A DNA stretch of 64,000 nucleotides from an uncultured Candidatus Rokubacteria bacterium (GTDB lineage Bacteria > Methylomirabilota > Methylomirabilia > Rokubacteriales > CSP1-6), in contig CAWBMV010000012.1 in NCBI GenBank assembly GCA_963789955.1, positions 288,001-352,000 on the forward strand. The letters are read 5' to 3'. Position 1 is the first letter of the stretch, and each line of letters opens with the position of its first letter. The position numbers and the translations under genes were made by a program. Shown one piece after another: positions 37,341 to 47,833 of this stretch. The notes beneath the pieces were generated by a model, which made no database searches, was not told the origin of the DNA, and saw nothing but the letters and a program-made list of their open reading frames with translations.

Positions 37341-39401
37341 ATGCGCTCCCGCTGGAACGACGCCGAGGCAAGCCAGCTCCACGGCCTCGATCTTCTCGTC
37401 TACGCGTCGCGTCTGGTCGGCGCCGAAACCGCGCTCGTCATCTGGGGCGGCGGCAACACCTCGATCAAGACCCGCGAGCGGGATCACCGCGGCCGGGAGA
37501 TTCCGGTGCTCCGCGTCAAGGGAAGCGGCTCCGACCTCAAGTCGGTCCAGCGCAAAGACTTCCCGGGCGTGCGCATGGACGACATCACCGCGCTCCTCGA
37601 CCGCAGCGAGATGGGCGACGAGGAGATGGTGAGCTACCTCGCTCACGCGCTGCAAGAGCCGGGAGGTGTGCGCCCGTCGATCGAGACCTTGCTGCACGGG
37701 TTTCTCGAGGCGCCCGCCATCGTTCACACACACGCCGACGCCGTCGTCTCGCTCACGAACAACGACCGCGCGCACGACGTGGTGCAGGGCGTGTACGGCA
37801 AGGACGTCATCGCGCTCGCGTATCGCCGGCCCGGGTTCAAGATCTCGCGCGACGTGGCCGACGCGATCGCCGAGCGCCCCGACGCGAAGGCCTTGCTCCT
37901 CGAGCGGCACGGCACCATCACCTGGGGCGCGACCGTCCGCGAGGCGTACGAAGGGACGATCGAGCTGATCACGCGGGCGGAGGACGCGATCGCCGAGCGT
38001 AAGAAGGGCCGGCGGGTGTTCGGCGGCGCGCGCGTGTCCGTCCTGGAGCCGGCGGCTCGGCGCCAGACGGCGCTGGCGGTCGCGCCGCGGCTTCGCGGAG
38101 CGCTGAGCCGGAGCCGGCGCGTCCTGGTCGGATTCGACGATTCGCCCGACGTCACCGAGTTCGTGTCGTCGGTCGACGCCTCGCGCGTCTCGCAGATCGG
38201 GCCGGCGACTCCGGATCACACGATCTACGCCAAGCGGCTCCCGTGCTACGTCGATGCGACCGGCGCCGAGGGGCCGGAAGCCTTGTTCGGATCGATCGAG
38301 CGCTCGATCGAGGGCTTCGTCGCCGGTTACACACGCTACTTCGAGGATCACCGCTTCGAAGGCGCTCAGCTGCTCGATCCGCTGCCGCGGGTCGTGCTCG
38401 TGCCGGGCCTCGGCATGTTCACCGCCGGGAAGGACCGGCGCACGGCCGGGATCGTGAATGACATCTATCACCACACGATCGGCGTCCTCGGCAACGCCGG
38501 CGCCTTCGGCCAGTACGTCTCGCTCTCGGCCAAGGATGCCTTCGACGTCGAGTACTGGCCGCTCGAGCTCTACAAGCTCACCCTGGCGCCGCCCGAGAAG
38601 GAGCTGGCACGCCGGATCGCGCTCGTGACCGGCGGCGGGTCGGGCATCGGGCGCGCGGTGGCGCGCAAGCTCGCCGCCGAGGGCGCTCACGTGGTCGTGG
38701 GGGATCTCGACGGCGCGACGGCCCGGCGGACGGCGGACGAGATCGTCGCGGCCGTCGGCTCGGGACGCGCGCTCGGCCTCGAGATGGACGTGACGCGGGA
38801 GGCCTCGGTGCGGGCCGCGTTCGAGGAGACCGTGCTCGCGTACGGCGGTCTCGACATTCTCGTCTCGAACGCGGGAATCGCGCACTCCGCTCCGGTGGTT
38901 CGCCTGGAGCTCGCCGACTGGGAGCGCTCGTTCGCGGTGAACTCGACCGGCCACTTCATCGTCGCCCGCGAGGCGATGCGGCTGCTCACGGCCCAGGGGC
39001 TCGGCGGCGCGCTCGTCTTCGTCGCGACCAAGAACGTGATGTCGCCGGGGAAGGACTTCGCAGCGTACTCGGCGGCGAAGGCGGCGGAGGCCCAGCTCGC
39101 CAAGGTGCTGGCCCTCGAGGGCGCGCCGCACGGCATCCGCTCGAACATCGTGAACCCGGACGCGGTGTTCCAGGACTCCAAGCTCTGGTCGGACGACATC
39201 CGGCGCGAGCGGGCCGCGGCGCAAGGCATCAGGGTCGACCAGGTCGAGGACTTCTATCGCAAGCGCAACCTCCTCGGGGTCGGGATCTTGCCGGAAGACG
39301 TCGCCGAGGCGGTGCTCTTCCTCGCATCGGACCGCTCCGCCAAGACGACGGGCTGCTCCGTGACGGTCGACGGCGGCGTACGGGACGCGTTCCCGAGGTG
39401 A
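37341..39401 (+). CDS. Bifunctional class II aldolase/short-chain dehydrogenase (RhaEW-like)
   Basis: GGGNTS, VKGSGSDL, PSIETLLH, HTHAD, FDVEYWPLE, VTGGGSGIG, YSAAK. Confidence 0.9.
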   Translation: MRSRWNDAEASQLHGLDLLVYASRLVGAETALVIWGGGNTSIKTRERDHRGREIPVLRVKGSGSDLKSVQRKDFPGVRMDDITALLDRSEMGDEEMVSYLAHALQEPGGVRPSIETLLHGFLEAPAIVHTHADAVVSLTNNDRAHDVVQGVYGKDVIALAYRRPGFKISRDVADAIAERPDAKALLLERHGTITWGATVREAYEGTIELITRAEDAIAERKKGRRVFGGARVSVLEPAARRQTALAVAPRLRGALSRSRRVLVGFDDSPDVTEFVSSVDASRVSQIGPATPDHTIYAKRLPCYVDATGAEGPEALFGSIERSIEGFVAGYTRYFEDHRFEGAQLLDPLPRVVLVPGLGMFTAGKDRRTAGIVNDIYHHTIGVLGNAGAFGQYVSLSAKDAFDVEYWPLELYKLTLAPPEKELARRIALVTGGGSGIGRAVARKLAAEGAHVVVGDLDGATARRTADEIVAAVGSGRALGLEMDVTREASVRAAFEETVLAYGGLDILVSNAGIAHSAPVVRLELADWERSFAVNSTGHFIVAREAMRLLTAQGLGGALVFVATKNVMSPGKDFAAYSAAKAAEAQLAKVLALEGAPHGIRSNIVNPDAVFQDSKLWSDDIRRERAAAQGIRVDQVEDFYRKRNLLGVGILPEDVAEAVLFLASDRSAKTTGCSVTVDGGVRDAFPR

Positions 39402-39405
39402 CGGC

Positions 39406-40323
39406 ATGATCGGCTTCGGCGCCCAGCTCTCGCTCCATCCCCCGGCCGAGCAGTTCGAGCTCGTCCAGCGCCTCGAAGCGGTCGGCTACGACTCGGTGTG
39501 GACCGGCGACCACATGTCCTTTCACAACCCGATCCACGAGTCGATCACCCTGTTGGCGTCCTACGTGCCGATCACGCGGCGGATCCGGCTCGGCGTCGGC
39601 GTCTATCTCCTGGCGCTGCGCTCGCCGGCGGTGGCCGCCAAGCAGGCGGCGACGCTCGATGTGCTCTCGGGCGGCCGGCTCGTGTTCGGCGTCGGCGTCG
39701 GCGGCGAGAACCCGAAAGAGTTCGAGCTCTGCGGCATTCCCCACAAGGAGCGCGGCGCCCGCGTGAACGAGGGGATCGACGCGGTGCGCACGCTCTGGCG
39801 CGACACGCCGGCGAGCTTCCACGGACGCTTCACGCGCTTCGAGTCGGTCTCGATCGATCCTAAGCCCGTGCAGCAGCTTCCGCCGATCTGGATCGGTGGC
39901 CGCTCCGACGCGGCGCTGGCCCGCGCGGGCCGTCAGGGCGACGGCTGGATGTCGTACGTCGTACAGGCCGACCGCTACGCGCAGAGCCTCGACAAGATCC
40001 GCGCCGCCGCGGCCACGGCGGGCCGCTCGATGGACACGTTCACCGCGGCGCACCTGGTCTTCATCACGATCGGGCGCGATTTCGAGGCCGCGAAGCGCGC
40101 GTGGGTGAGCGTGCTCAGCAAACGCTACGCGCAGGACTTCGAGCCCCTCGCCAACCGGTACGGCGTCATTGGCACGCCGGAGCAGTGCGCCGAGCAGCTC
40201 GAGCGGTTCCGCGCCGCCGGCTGCAGCTACTTCGTCATGAGCGCGATCGGCGAGCCGCGCGACGAGCGCGCCCAGCTCGAGACGATCGCCGCCGAGATCA
40301 TCCCTCGATTCAGGTCGCGCTGA
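39406..40323 (+). CDS. LLM-class flavin-dependent oxidoreductase
   Basis: GYDSVWTGDH, ATLDVLSGGRLVFGVGVG, PPIWIGG. Confidence 0.9.
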   Translation: MIGFGAQLSLHPPAEQFELVQRLEAVGYDSVWTGDHMSFHNPIHESITLLASYVPITRRIRLGVGVYLLALRSPAVAAKQAATLDVLSGGRLVFGVGVGGENPKEFELCGIPHKERGARVNEGIDAVRTLWRDTPASFHGRFTRFESVSIDPKPVQQLPPIWIGGRSDAALARAGRQGDGWMSYVVQADRYAQSLDKIRAAAATAGRSMDTFTAAHLVFITIGRDFEAAKRAWVSVLSKRYAQDFEPLANRYGVIGTPEQCAEQLERFRAAGCSYFVMSAIGEPRDERAQLETIAAEIIPRFRSR

Positions 40324-40342
40324 GCGTGCGGCGGACGGCACC

Positions 40343-40700
40343 ATGGCAGATCTGACGGGCGGACAGCTCGTGGCCCGCACCCTCAAACAGGCCGAAGACG
40401 GCCGTGCGCTTCAAGCTTCCGTACACGTGTGTCATCGGCAACGACGGCGGGTGGGGCCCGATCCGGAGCCCACAGGTGTCGTTCTTCGGCGAGGGGCGCA
40501 CCGTGGCGACCTCGCTGCCGACAACCCGCTACGATCTGATGATCGAGGCGCTCGGCGGCCGCGGCGCCTACGTCACGGATCCGAGCCAGATCGGCCCGGT
40601 GCTCGCTCGCGCGCTCGCCTCGGACGAGGTCTGGTGCGTCAACGTGGCGCTCGACCCGGAGGCGTACCGCAAGAGCGGCCAGGTCTCGATGGCCATTTGA
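40343..40700 (+). pseudogene. TPP-binding (ALS-like) gene with a large internal deletion
   Basis: N-terminal MADLTGGQLVARTLKQA joined out of frame to C-terminal TAVRFKLPYTCVIGNDGGWG..TRYD..VNVALDP. Confidence 0.75.
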
Positions 40701-40707
40701 CCGCCGC

Positions 40708-41724
40708 GTGAAGATCACGTTTCTGTGCCCGCACCTCCGCATTGCCGGCGGCGTGCGCGCGATCCTCACGTACGCGGATCTCCTCACGGCTGACGGACAT
40801 CAAGTCAGCGTCGTCGTGCCGGCCAAGGGCCGTGGCCGTGCGTTCTGGCGGTCAGTCACCCGCGCGGGGCCGGACTGGATCCCGGGCTTCCGGGCCCGCG
40901 TCGTGTGGGTCGATCGATGGCGCGCGGACGCGCTGCCGGACGGCGACGCGATCCTCGCGACGGCGTGGCGGTCCGCGACCGCCGTGGCCGAGGCACCGGC
41001 GCGCTGCGGCCGGAAGTTCTACTTCGTGCAGCACTACGAGAGCCTCTATCACGGCCAGGCGGAGACGGTCGACGCGACGTATCGTCTGCCGCTCAAGAAG
41101 ATCGTGATCTCCACGTGGCTTCGCGACATCATGCGTGAGCGCTTCGCGTGCGATGCGGAGATCCTGGTCACGCCGGTCGACCCGATGCTGTTTCATGCCG
41201 TTTCCGTCACGGTCGCCACGTCGCGCCCGCGTGTACTGATGCTGCATCATGACTACGCCTGGAAGGGGACTGCCGAGGGCTTCGAGGTCGTCGCGCGCGT
41301 CAAGCAGCGCGTCCCGGGGCTCTTCCTCGTCGGATTCGGTGTCAGCGCGCCCCGGGGCTCGGCGAGCTATGACGAGTTTCACGCCGACCCGCCGCAAGAC
41401 ACGCTCGCCACCCTCTACAGCGGCTGCGAGATCTACCTGTGCCCCTCGTGGGACGAGGGCCTCGGCATGCCGCCGATGGAGGCGATGGCCTGCGGCGCCG
41501 CCCTCGTGACCTACGACAACGGCGGCTGCCGCGACTATGCCTACGACGACGAAACCGCCCTGGTCGCGCGCCGGCGCGACGTCGCCGATCTCGCGGCCAA
41601 GCTCGAGCGAGTCGCCACCGACGAGACACTGCGCGGGCGCATCGCCGCGGCCGGCTCGGCGTTCATCCGCAACACGTTCGACTGGGGACGCTCCGTCCGC
41701 CGCATGGCGGCGCTCTTTCAGTGA
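40708..41724 (+). CDS. GT4 glycosyltransferase
   Basis: IAGGVRAI, YFVQHYE, SWDEGLGMPPMEAMACG. Confidence 0.9.
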   Translation: MKITFLCPHLRIAGGVRAILTYADLLTADGHQVSVVVPAKGRGRAFWRSVTRAGPDWIPGFRARVVWVDRWRADALPDGDAILATAWRSATAVAEAPARCGRKFYFVQHYESLYHGQAETVDATYRLPLKKIVISTWLRDIMRERFACDAEILVTPVDPMLFHAVSVTVATSRPRVLMLHHDYAWKGTAEGFEVVARVKQRVPGLFLVGFGVSAPRGSASYDEFHADPPQDTLATLYSGCEIYLCPSWDEGLGMPPMEAMACGAALVTYDNGGCRDYAYDDETALVARRRDVADLAAKLERVATDETLRGRIAAAGSAFIRNTFDWGRSVRRMAALFQ

Positions 41725-42749
41725 CGGTCGGGCTGCCGACGGTCGAGGCTCCGTGCTTCGTGTGCGGAGACGACGGCGCCGATCGGGTCTGGGCGACGCC
41801 GGATCGCGCGTTCGCGGTGCCCGGCCTCTACACGGTCGTGCGCTGTCGTCGCTGCGGCTTTCTCTATCAGCGCCCGCGCGTGCGCGACGAGCATCTCGCC
41901 GCGTGCTATCCCGATCACTATCCGCGACACCAGGAGCCGTCGCCGCGGATGCCGCTCAAGGGATCGAAGAGCCGGCAGCGGGCCGCGCGCTGGGCGCTGG
42001 CCAGCGGCCTCGGCTACGAGGCTTTCCGCGACGCGCAGCGTCTCGCTTCTGACTCGGCTGCGCGCGCCCCGGATGCTTCGACGGATCCGGTGGAGCTGTC
42101 CGCCGTGGACCGGCGCGGGTCGCTATCTCGACGTCGGGTGTGGCTCGGGCGGATCGCTGGCGGTCGCGCAGGCGCTCGGCTGGCGGGTCGCGGGCATCGA
42201 GATGGACGCCGCCGCCGCGGCGCTCGCGCGGCGCTTCACCGGACGAGCTCCACGTCGGCGATATCCTGACCGCGCCGTTCGCGCCGGACCGCTTCGACGT
42301 GGTCACGGCCTTTCACGTCCTCGAGCACGTGCCGGATCCGATCGCCGTTGCCGGCCGCATGCTCGAGTGGCTGGCCCCCGGCGGGCTCTTGATCGTGGAG
42401 GTTCCGAACGCCGGAGGGCTGGGCGCGCGCTTCTTCGGTGGGGCCTGGGCCGGGCTCGAGCTTCCGCGACACCTATCGCATTTCACTCCGGAGACGCTCG
42501 ACGCCGTAATCGAGAAAGCCGGCGGCCGGGTCGTCTGGACGTGGCATCAGGCGAAGCCGCGTACCTACCTCTGGAGCCTGTCGGCGTGGCTGCGTGATCG
42601 TGGCTGGGATGGGCTCGCGAAGCTTGCGGAGCGACGGTCCGGTCTACGGGGTGCTGAAGCTCGGACTGGAGCTGCTGGTGCCGCTCGCGCGCGTGGCGCG
42701 TCGCGGCGAGTCGATCAGGATCGGCGCCGTCCGGAATCGCCCGCGGTGA
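41721..42749 (+). CDS. Class I SAM-dependent methyltransferase with N-terminal Cys pairs (about three frameshifts)
   Basis: CFVC..CRRCG, YLDVGCGSG, FDVVTAFHVLEHVPDP, ELPRHLSHF. Confidence 0.8.
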
Positions 42750-42921
42750 CGTAGGCCGACGGCGCGTCGTGCCGGGCGGCGAGGTTGGCGAGCTCGCGCT
42801 CGAGGTCGGCCAGGCGCTTGGCCAGGCGGTCCCGCTCCTCGCGGAGCGACTGGGTGGCCGACTGGATGTGCGCCGCCAGGTGCTGGTCCCGATCCGCTCG
42901 CCGCCGTCTCGCCTCGTCCAT
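42715..42921 (-). CDS. Possible small coiled-coil protein
   Basis: Heptad-like LREERDRLAKRLADLERELANL; fills an intergenic gap. Confidence 0.35.
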   Translation of the reverse strand: MDEARRRRADRDQHLAAHIQSATQSLREERDRLAKRLADLERELANLAARHDAPSAYVTAGDSGRRRS

Positions 42922-43078
42922 GGTCGACTGGTCGAGCAAGAGCGGTGCCGCTGCGCGACCCCTTACACGCCGCGAGCTTCCGACCCGGAAGCCGTGCAGT
43001 CTGACACGTGCGACGAGAGCGTCAGTCAAGCTGACACGCCGGAATTCGTCCGAAAGTCGCATGCTAGAATCGGTCGCG

Positions 43079-43459
43079 ATGCCGATCTACGAGTACGAAT
43101 GTCACGGCTGCCGGAGAAGGGTCAGTCTGCTCGTACTGCGTCCCTCGGCCGCGGAAGCTCCGACCTGCCCCCGATGCGGAAGTCAGGCGCTGTCCCGGCT
43201 GATGTCGCGGTTCGCGACGGTGAAATCGGAAGATGCCCGGATGGACGCGCTGGCCGACTCCTCGAGCCTGGGCGACCTCGACGAGAACGATCCGTCGAGC
43301 GTCGCGCGGTTCATGAAGAAGATGGGCCGTGAGCTCGGGGACGACCTCGGCGACGACTTCGAGTCCGCCATGGACGAAGCCATGGCGGAAGGCGAGGGCG
43401 CCGGGGACGCGGACGCCGAATCTCCGGGCGCCGCCGACGCATCTTCTCCTGAAGAGTAG
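43079..43459 (+). CDS. FmdB-family zinc-ribbon protein
   Basis: MPIYEYECHGC..CPRCGS..LSRLMSRF, acidic tail. Confidence 0.85.
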   Translation: MPIYEYECHGCRRRVSLLVLRPSAAEAPTCPRCGSQALSRLMSRFATVKSEDARMDALADSSSLGDLDENDPSSVARFMKKMGRELGDDLGDDFESAMDEAMAEGEGAGDADAESPGAADASSPEE

Positions 43460-43473
43460 CCTGCAAGCCTCGA

Positions 43474-44454
43474 ATGAAAGTCTCGATCCGTGACCGGCTG
43501 GAGGCGATAGGGGCTCCTGCGTGGGACGGGCTTGTCGCGGCCTCCCGCCTGCGGTCGCCGTTTCTCTCCTGGGCGTGGCAATCCGAGTGGGCGCGCACAT
43601 TTGCCGCTGACCGCCGGCTCGAGATCCGGTGCGTGGAAGACGGCGGCGGGAACCTGGTAGCGATCCTTCCGCTCTACGAGACGCCTTCCGGCTCACTGGA
43701 GCTGATCGGCGGTGCCGACGTTTCCGACTATCTCGATCTGATTTCGGTCCATGGCAGGGAGGAGGAGGCGTGGATGGCCCTCCTTCAGTCCCGCACGGCC
43801 GAGCGGGTCGAGTGGGAGCTTCACGCCGTACCTGAAACCTCGCCCACCGTGGCCGCGCTGCCGCCGCTGGCCGCCGCCTGCGGTCTCGCCGCATCGACCA
43901 CCGTGGAAGAACGATGTCCCGTGCTGATTTTGCCGTCCTCCTGGGAGACCTACCTCGCCCGCCTGTCCGGAAAGCACCGACACGAGCTCCAGCGAAAGAT
44001 GCGACGCCTCGAACGTGACGCCCCCGATGCCCGGGTGTCGTGCGTGAGCGCGCCGTCCGACGTCGCGTCCCGCCTGGGCGATTTCCTCGCGCTGCATCGG
44101 AGCTCGCGCGTGGGCAAGGCGCGCTTCATGGACGAGCGGATGGAGCGATTCTTCCGGGCCGCGCTCGCGGCATTCGCCGAGCGTGACGCCGCCCGGCTCT
44201 GGTTCCTCGACACGGCGTCGGGGCCGATCGCGGCCTTCGTCACGATCGAGTGGGACGGTACGGTCGGCCTCTACAACTCGGGGTTCGCGCCGGATCGCGC
44301 GGCGCTCTCTCCCGGCGTGGTGTTGCTGGCGCAGCTGATCCGGGATGCGATCGGGCGTGGGCGAGAGAAGTTCGATTTCCTCCGCGGCGAGGAGCGGTAC
44401 AAGTACGAGTTCGAGCCCGTCGCCCAGGCCGTCTACCGGGTGACGATCCAGTGA
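43474..44454 (+). CDS. GNAT acetyltransferase (BcsL/CelD-like)
   Basis: VSDYLD, SWETYLARLSGKHRHELQRK, SPGVVLL, FDFLRGEERYK. Confidence 0.8.
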   Translation: MKVSIRDRLEAIGAPAWDGLVAASRLRSPFLSWAWQSEWARTFAADRRLEIRCVEDGGGNLVAILPLYETPSGSLELIGGADVSDYLDLISVHGREEEAWMALLQSRTAERVEWELHAVPETSPTVAALPPLAAACGLAASTTVEERCPVLILPSSWETYLARLSGKHRHELQRKMRRLERDAPDARVSCVSAPSDVASRLGDFLALHRSSRVGKARFMDERMERFFRAALAAFAERDAARLWFLDTASGPIAAFVTIEWDGTVGLYNSGFAPDRAALSPGVVLLAQLIRDAIGRGREKFDFLRGEERYKYEFEPVAQAVYRVTIQ

Positions 44455-45710
44455 ATCTGCACGTCGCGATGCTCAGCGTGCACACCTGTCCGCTGGCCGC
44501 TCTGGGCGGCAAGGAAACGGGCGGGATGAACGTGTACGTGCGCGAGGTCTCTCGCGAGCTCGGACGCATGGGGATGACGGTCGACGTCTTCACGCGCTCG
44601 CAGAACCCGACGATTCCGCGTGTGGTGTCGCTCGGCGAGCGCGCCCGTGTCATCCACCTGCCGGCGGGAGACGAAGCGCCGATGGCCCGCGTCCGCGTCC
44701 ACGAGCACCTGGACGAGTTCGTCGACGGCGTCGAGGCGTGGCGCATCGCCCGGTCGATCGACTACGACCTGATCCACGCCCACTACTGGCTCTCCGGGGT
44801 CGCCGGGCTCAGGCTGAAGGAGCGCTGGTCGGTGCCCGTCATGCAAATGTTCCACACCCTGGGCCGGCTGAAGAACCGAGTCGCCCGGACCGCGGCGGAG
44901 CAGGAGCCCGCGATCCGATTGCACGAGGAGATGCGGATCGTCGGCGCCTGCGACCGCATCGTGGCGGCCAACGTCGTCGAGCGCGCCGAGCTCCTGCGCG
45001 ACTACGGCGCCGCCGCCTCGCGCATCGCGACGATTCCGTGCGGCGTCGACACCGACCTCTTCGTGCCCGGCGATCGCGCGGCCGCGCGCGCCCGCCTCGG
45101 GCTCGACGACCAGCCGGTGCTGCTGTGGGTGGGCCGCGTGGCGCCGATCAAGGGGCTCGACACCTTGCTCGACGCGGTCGCGCGGCTGCGCGGGACCGGC
45201 CGGGCCGTCCGCCTGCTGATCGTGGGCGGCGATGCCGACGAGCCGATGAGCGAGCACGAGGTGTCGCTGCGCGACCGCATCGAGCGCCTCGATCTGGCCG
45301 ACTCGGTCTGCTTCGTCGGCCCTCAGCCCCAGAACGTGCTGCCCCTCTACTACGCCGCGGCGGACGTGACGGTCCTGCCCTCGTACTACGAGTCGTTCGG
45401 CATGGTCGCGCTCGAGGCGATGGCGTGCGGGAGCCCCGTCATCGCCTCCCGGGTCGGCGGGCTGGTCACCACGGTGCGCGACGGCGTCACGGGCTTCCTG
45501 ATTCCGGAAGCCGACGTCGACGCGCTGGCCGAGCGGATCGACGCCCTCGTCGCCGATCCCGACCTGCGCTGGCGCGTGGGCCGGGAGGGCGTGCGCTGGG
45601 CGGCCCAGCACCGCTGGGCCTGTGTCGCCGAGGCGGTCTGCCGCGAGTACGCCTCGCTCGAGTCCCGCGCCGGCGCGCATCTGGACGCGGCGCGCTGCCG
45701 CGAAGACTGA
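44451..45710 (+). CDS. MshA-like GT4 glycosyltransferase
   Basis: MLSVHTCPLA..GGMNVYV, IHAHYWLSG, FHTLG..KN, SYYESFGMVALEAMACG. Confidence 0.8.
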   Translation: MNLHVAMLSVHTCPLAALGGKETGGMNVYVREVSRELGRMGMTVDVFTRSQNPTIPRVVSLGERARVIHLPAGDEAPMARVRVHEHLDEFVDGVEAWRIARSIDYDLIHAHYWLSGVAGLRLKERWSVPVMQMFHTLGRLKNRVARTAAEQEPAIRLHEEMRIVGACDRIVAANVVERAELLRDYGAAASRIATIPCGVDTDLFVPGDRAAARARLGLDDQPVLLWVGRVAPIKGLDTLLDAVARLRGTGRAVRLLIVGGDADEPMSEHEVSLRDRIERLDLADSVCFVGPQPQNVLPLYYAAADVTVLPSYYESFGMVALEAMACGSPVIASRVGGLVTTVRDGVTGFLIPEADVDALAERIDALVADPDLRWRVGREGVRWAAQHRWACVAEAVCREYASLESRAGAHLDAARCRED

Positions 45711-45767
45711 CCGGCCGACCAGCCTCGCTCCCGTCCCCGTCGGCTGAAGTGCTACACTGCGGCCGCG

Positions 45768-46769
45768 GTGGGCACCCTCCTCGAGGTTAAAAACCTCAAG
45801 ACGCATTTCGTGACGCGCAGCGGCGTCGTGCGCGCGGTCGATGACGTTTCCTGGGACGTGGGCGAGAGCGAGACCGTCGCGCTCGTGGGCGAGTCCGGCT
45901 GCGGCAAGAGCGTCAGCGCGCTGAGCATCATGCGGCTCGTGGCCGGCCCGTCCGGCCAGATCGTCGGCGGCCAGATCCTCTTCAAGGGCCGCGATCTCCT
46001 GCGGCTCTCCGAAGAGGAGATGCGCCACGTGCGAGGGCGCGAGATCGGCATGGTCTTCCAGGAGCCGATGACCTCGCTCAATCCCGTGCTGACGATCGGC
46101 CGCCAGATCACCGAAGGGCTGGAAATTCATCTGGGACTGGCGCCGACCGAGGCGCGGCGGCGCTCGGTCGAGCTGCTCGGCATGGTCGGCATTCCCGACG
46201 CGGAGCGACGCCTGCCGCAGTACCCGCACCAGTTCAGCGGCGGCATGCGGCAGCGGATGATGATCGCGATGGCGCTGGCCTGCAATCCGGCGCTGATCCT
46301 CGCCGACGAGCCGACCACGGCGCTCGACGTGACGATCCAGGCGCAGATCCTGGAGCTCATGAAGGATCTGTCGCGACGCTTCGGCGTCGCCCTCTTGATC
46401 ATCACGCACAACCTGGGCGTCGTGGCCCGGTACGCCGACCGCGTGAACGTCATGTACGCCGGCAAGATCATCGAGCGCGGCACCGCGCGTGAGCTCTACG
46501 CCAACCCGCGACATCCGTATACGCTCGGTCTCCTGCGCTCGGTGCCGCGCCTGGACGAGCCGCGTCGCGCGCGACTGGATCCGATCGAGGGCCAGCCGCC
46601 CGACCTGACGCGTCTGCCGACCGGGTGCGCCTTCAGCGCCGCGCTGCGCCTTCAGCGTCGACCGGTGCCGCGTCGAGACGCCGCCCCTGCGTCCGGTGAG
46701 CGGGGGCGGCCACGTGAGTGCCTGCTGGGAAGCCGAGAATCTCGACCGGGCCCGGACCGCGGCGCGAAC

Positions 46770-46773
<4 letters not shown>
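45768..46773 (+). CDS. Peptide ABC ATPase DppD/OppD (frameshift near 46640)
   Basis: [32 protein letters not shown]. Confidence 0.9.
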
Positions 46774-47751
<978 letters not shown>

Positions 47752-47833
47752 CTCCCGACCATGCTCTGCTCGATGCTGAAACCGCTCGTGCTCGATGCTG
47801 GTTATCCTAGCAAGACCTTCGAAGGAGAAACGA

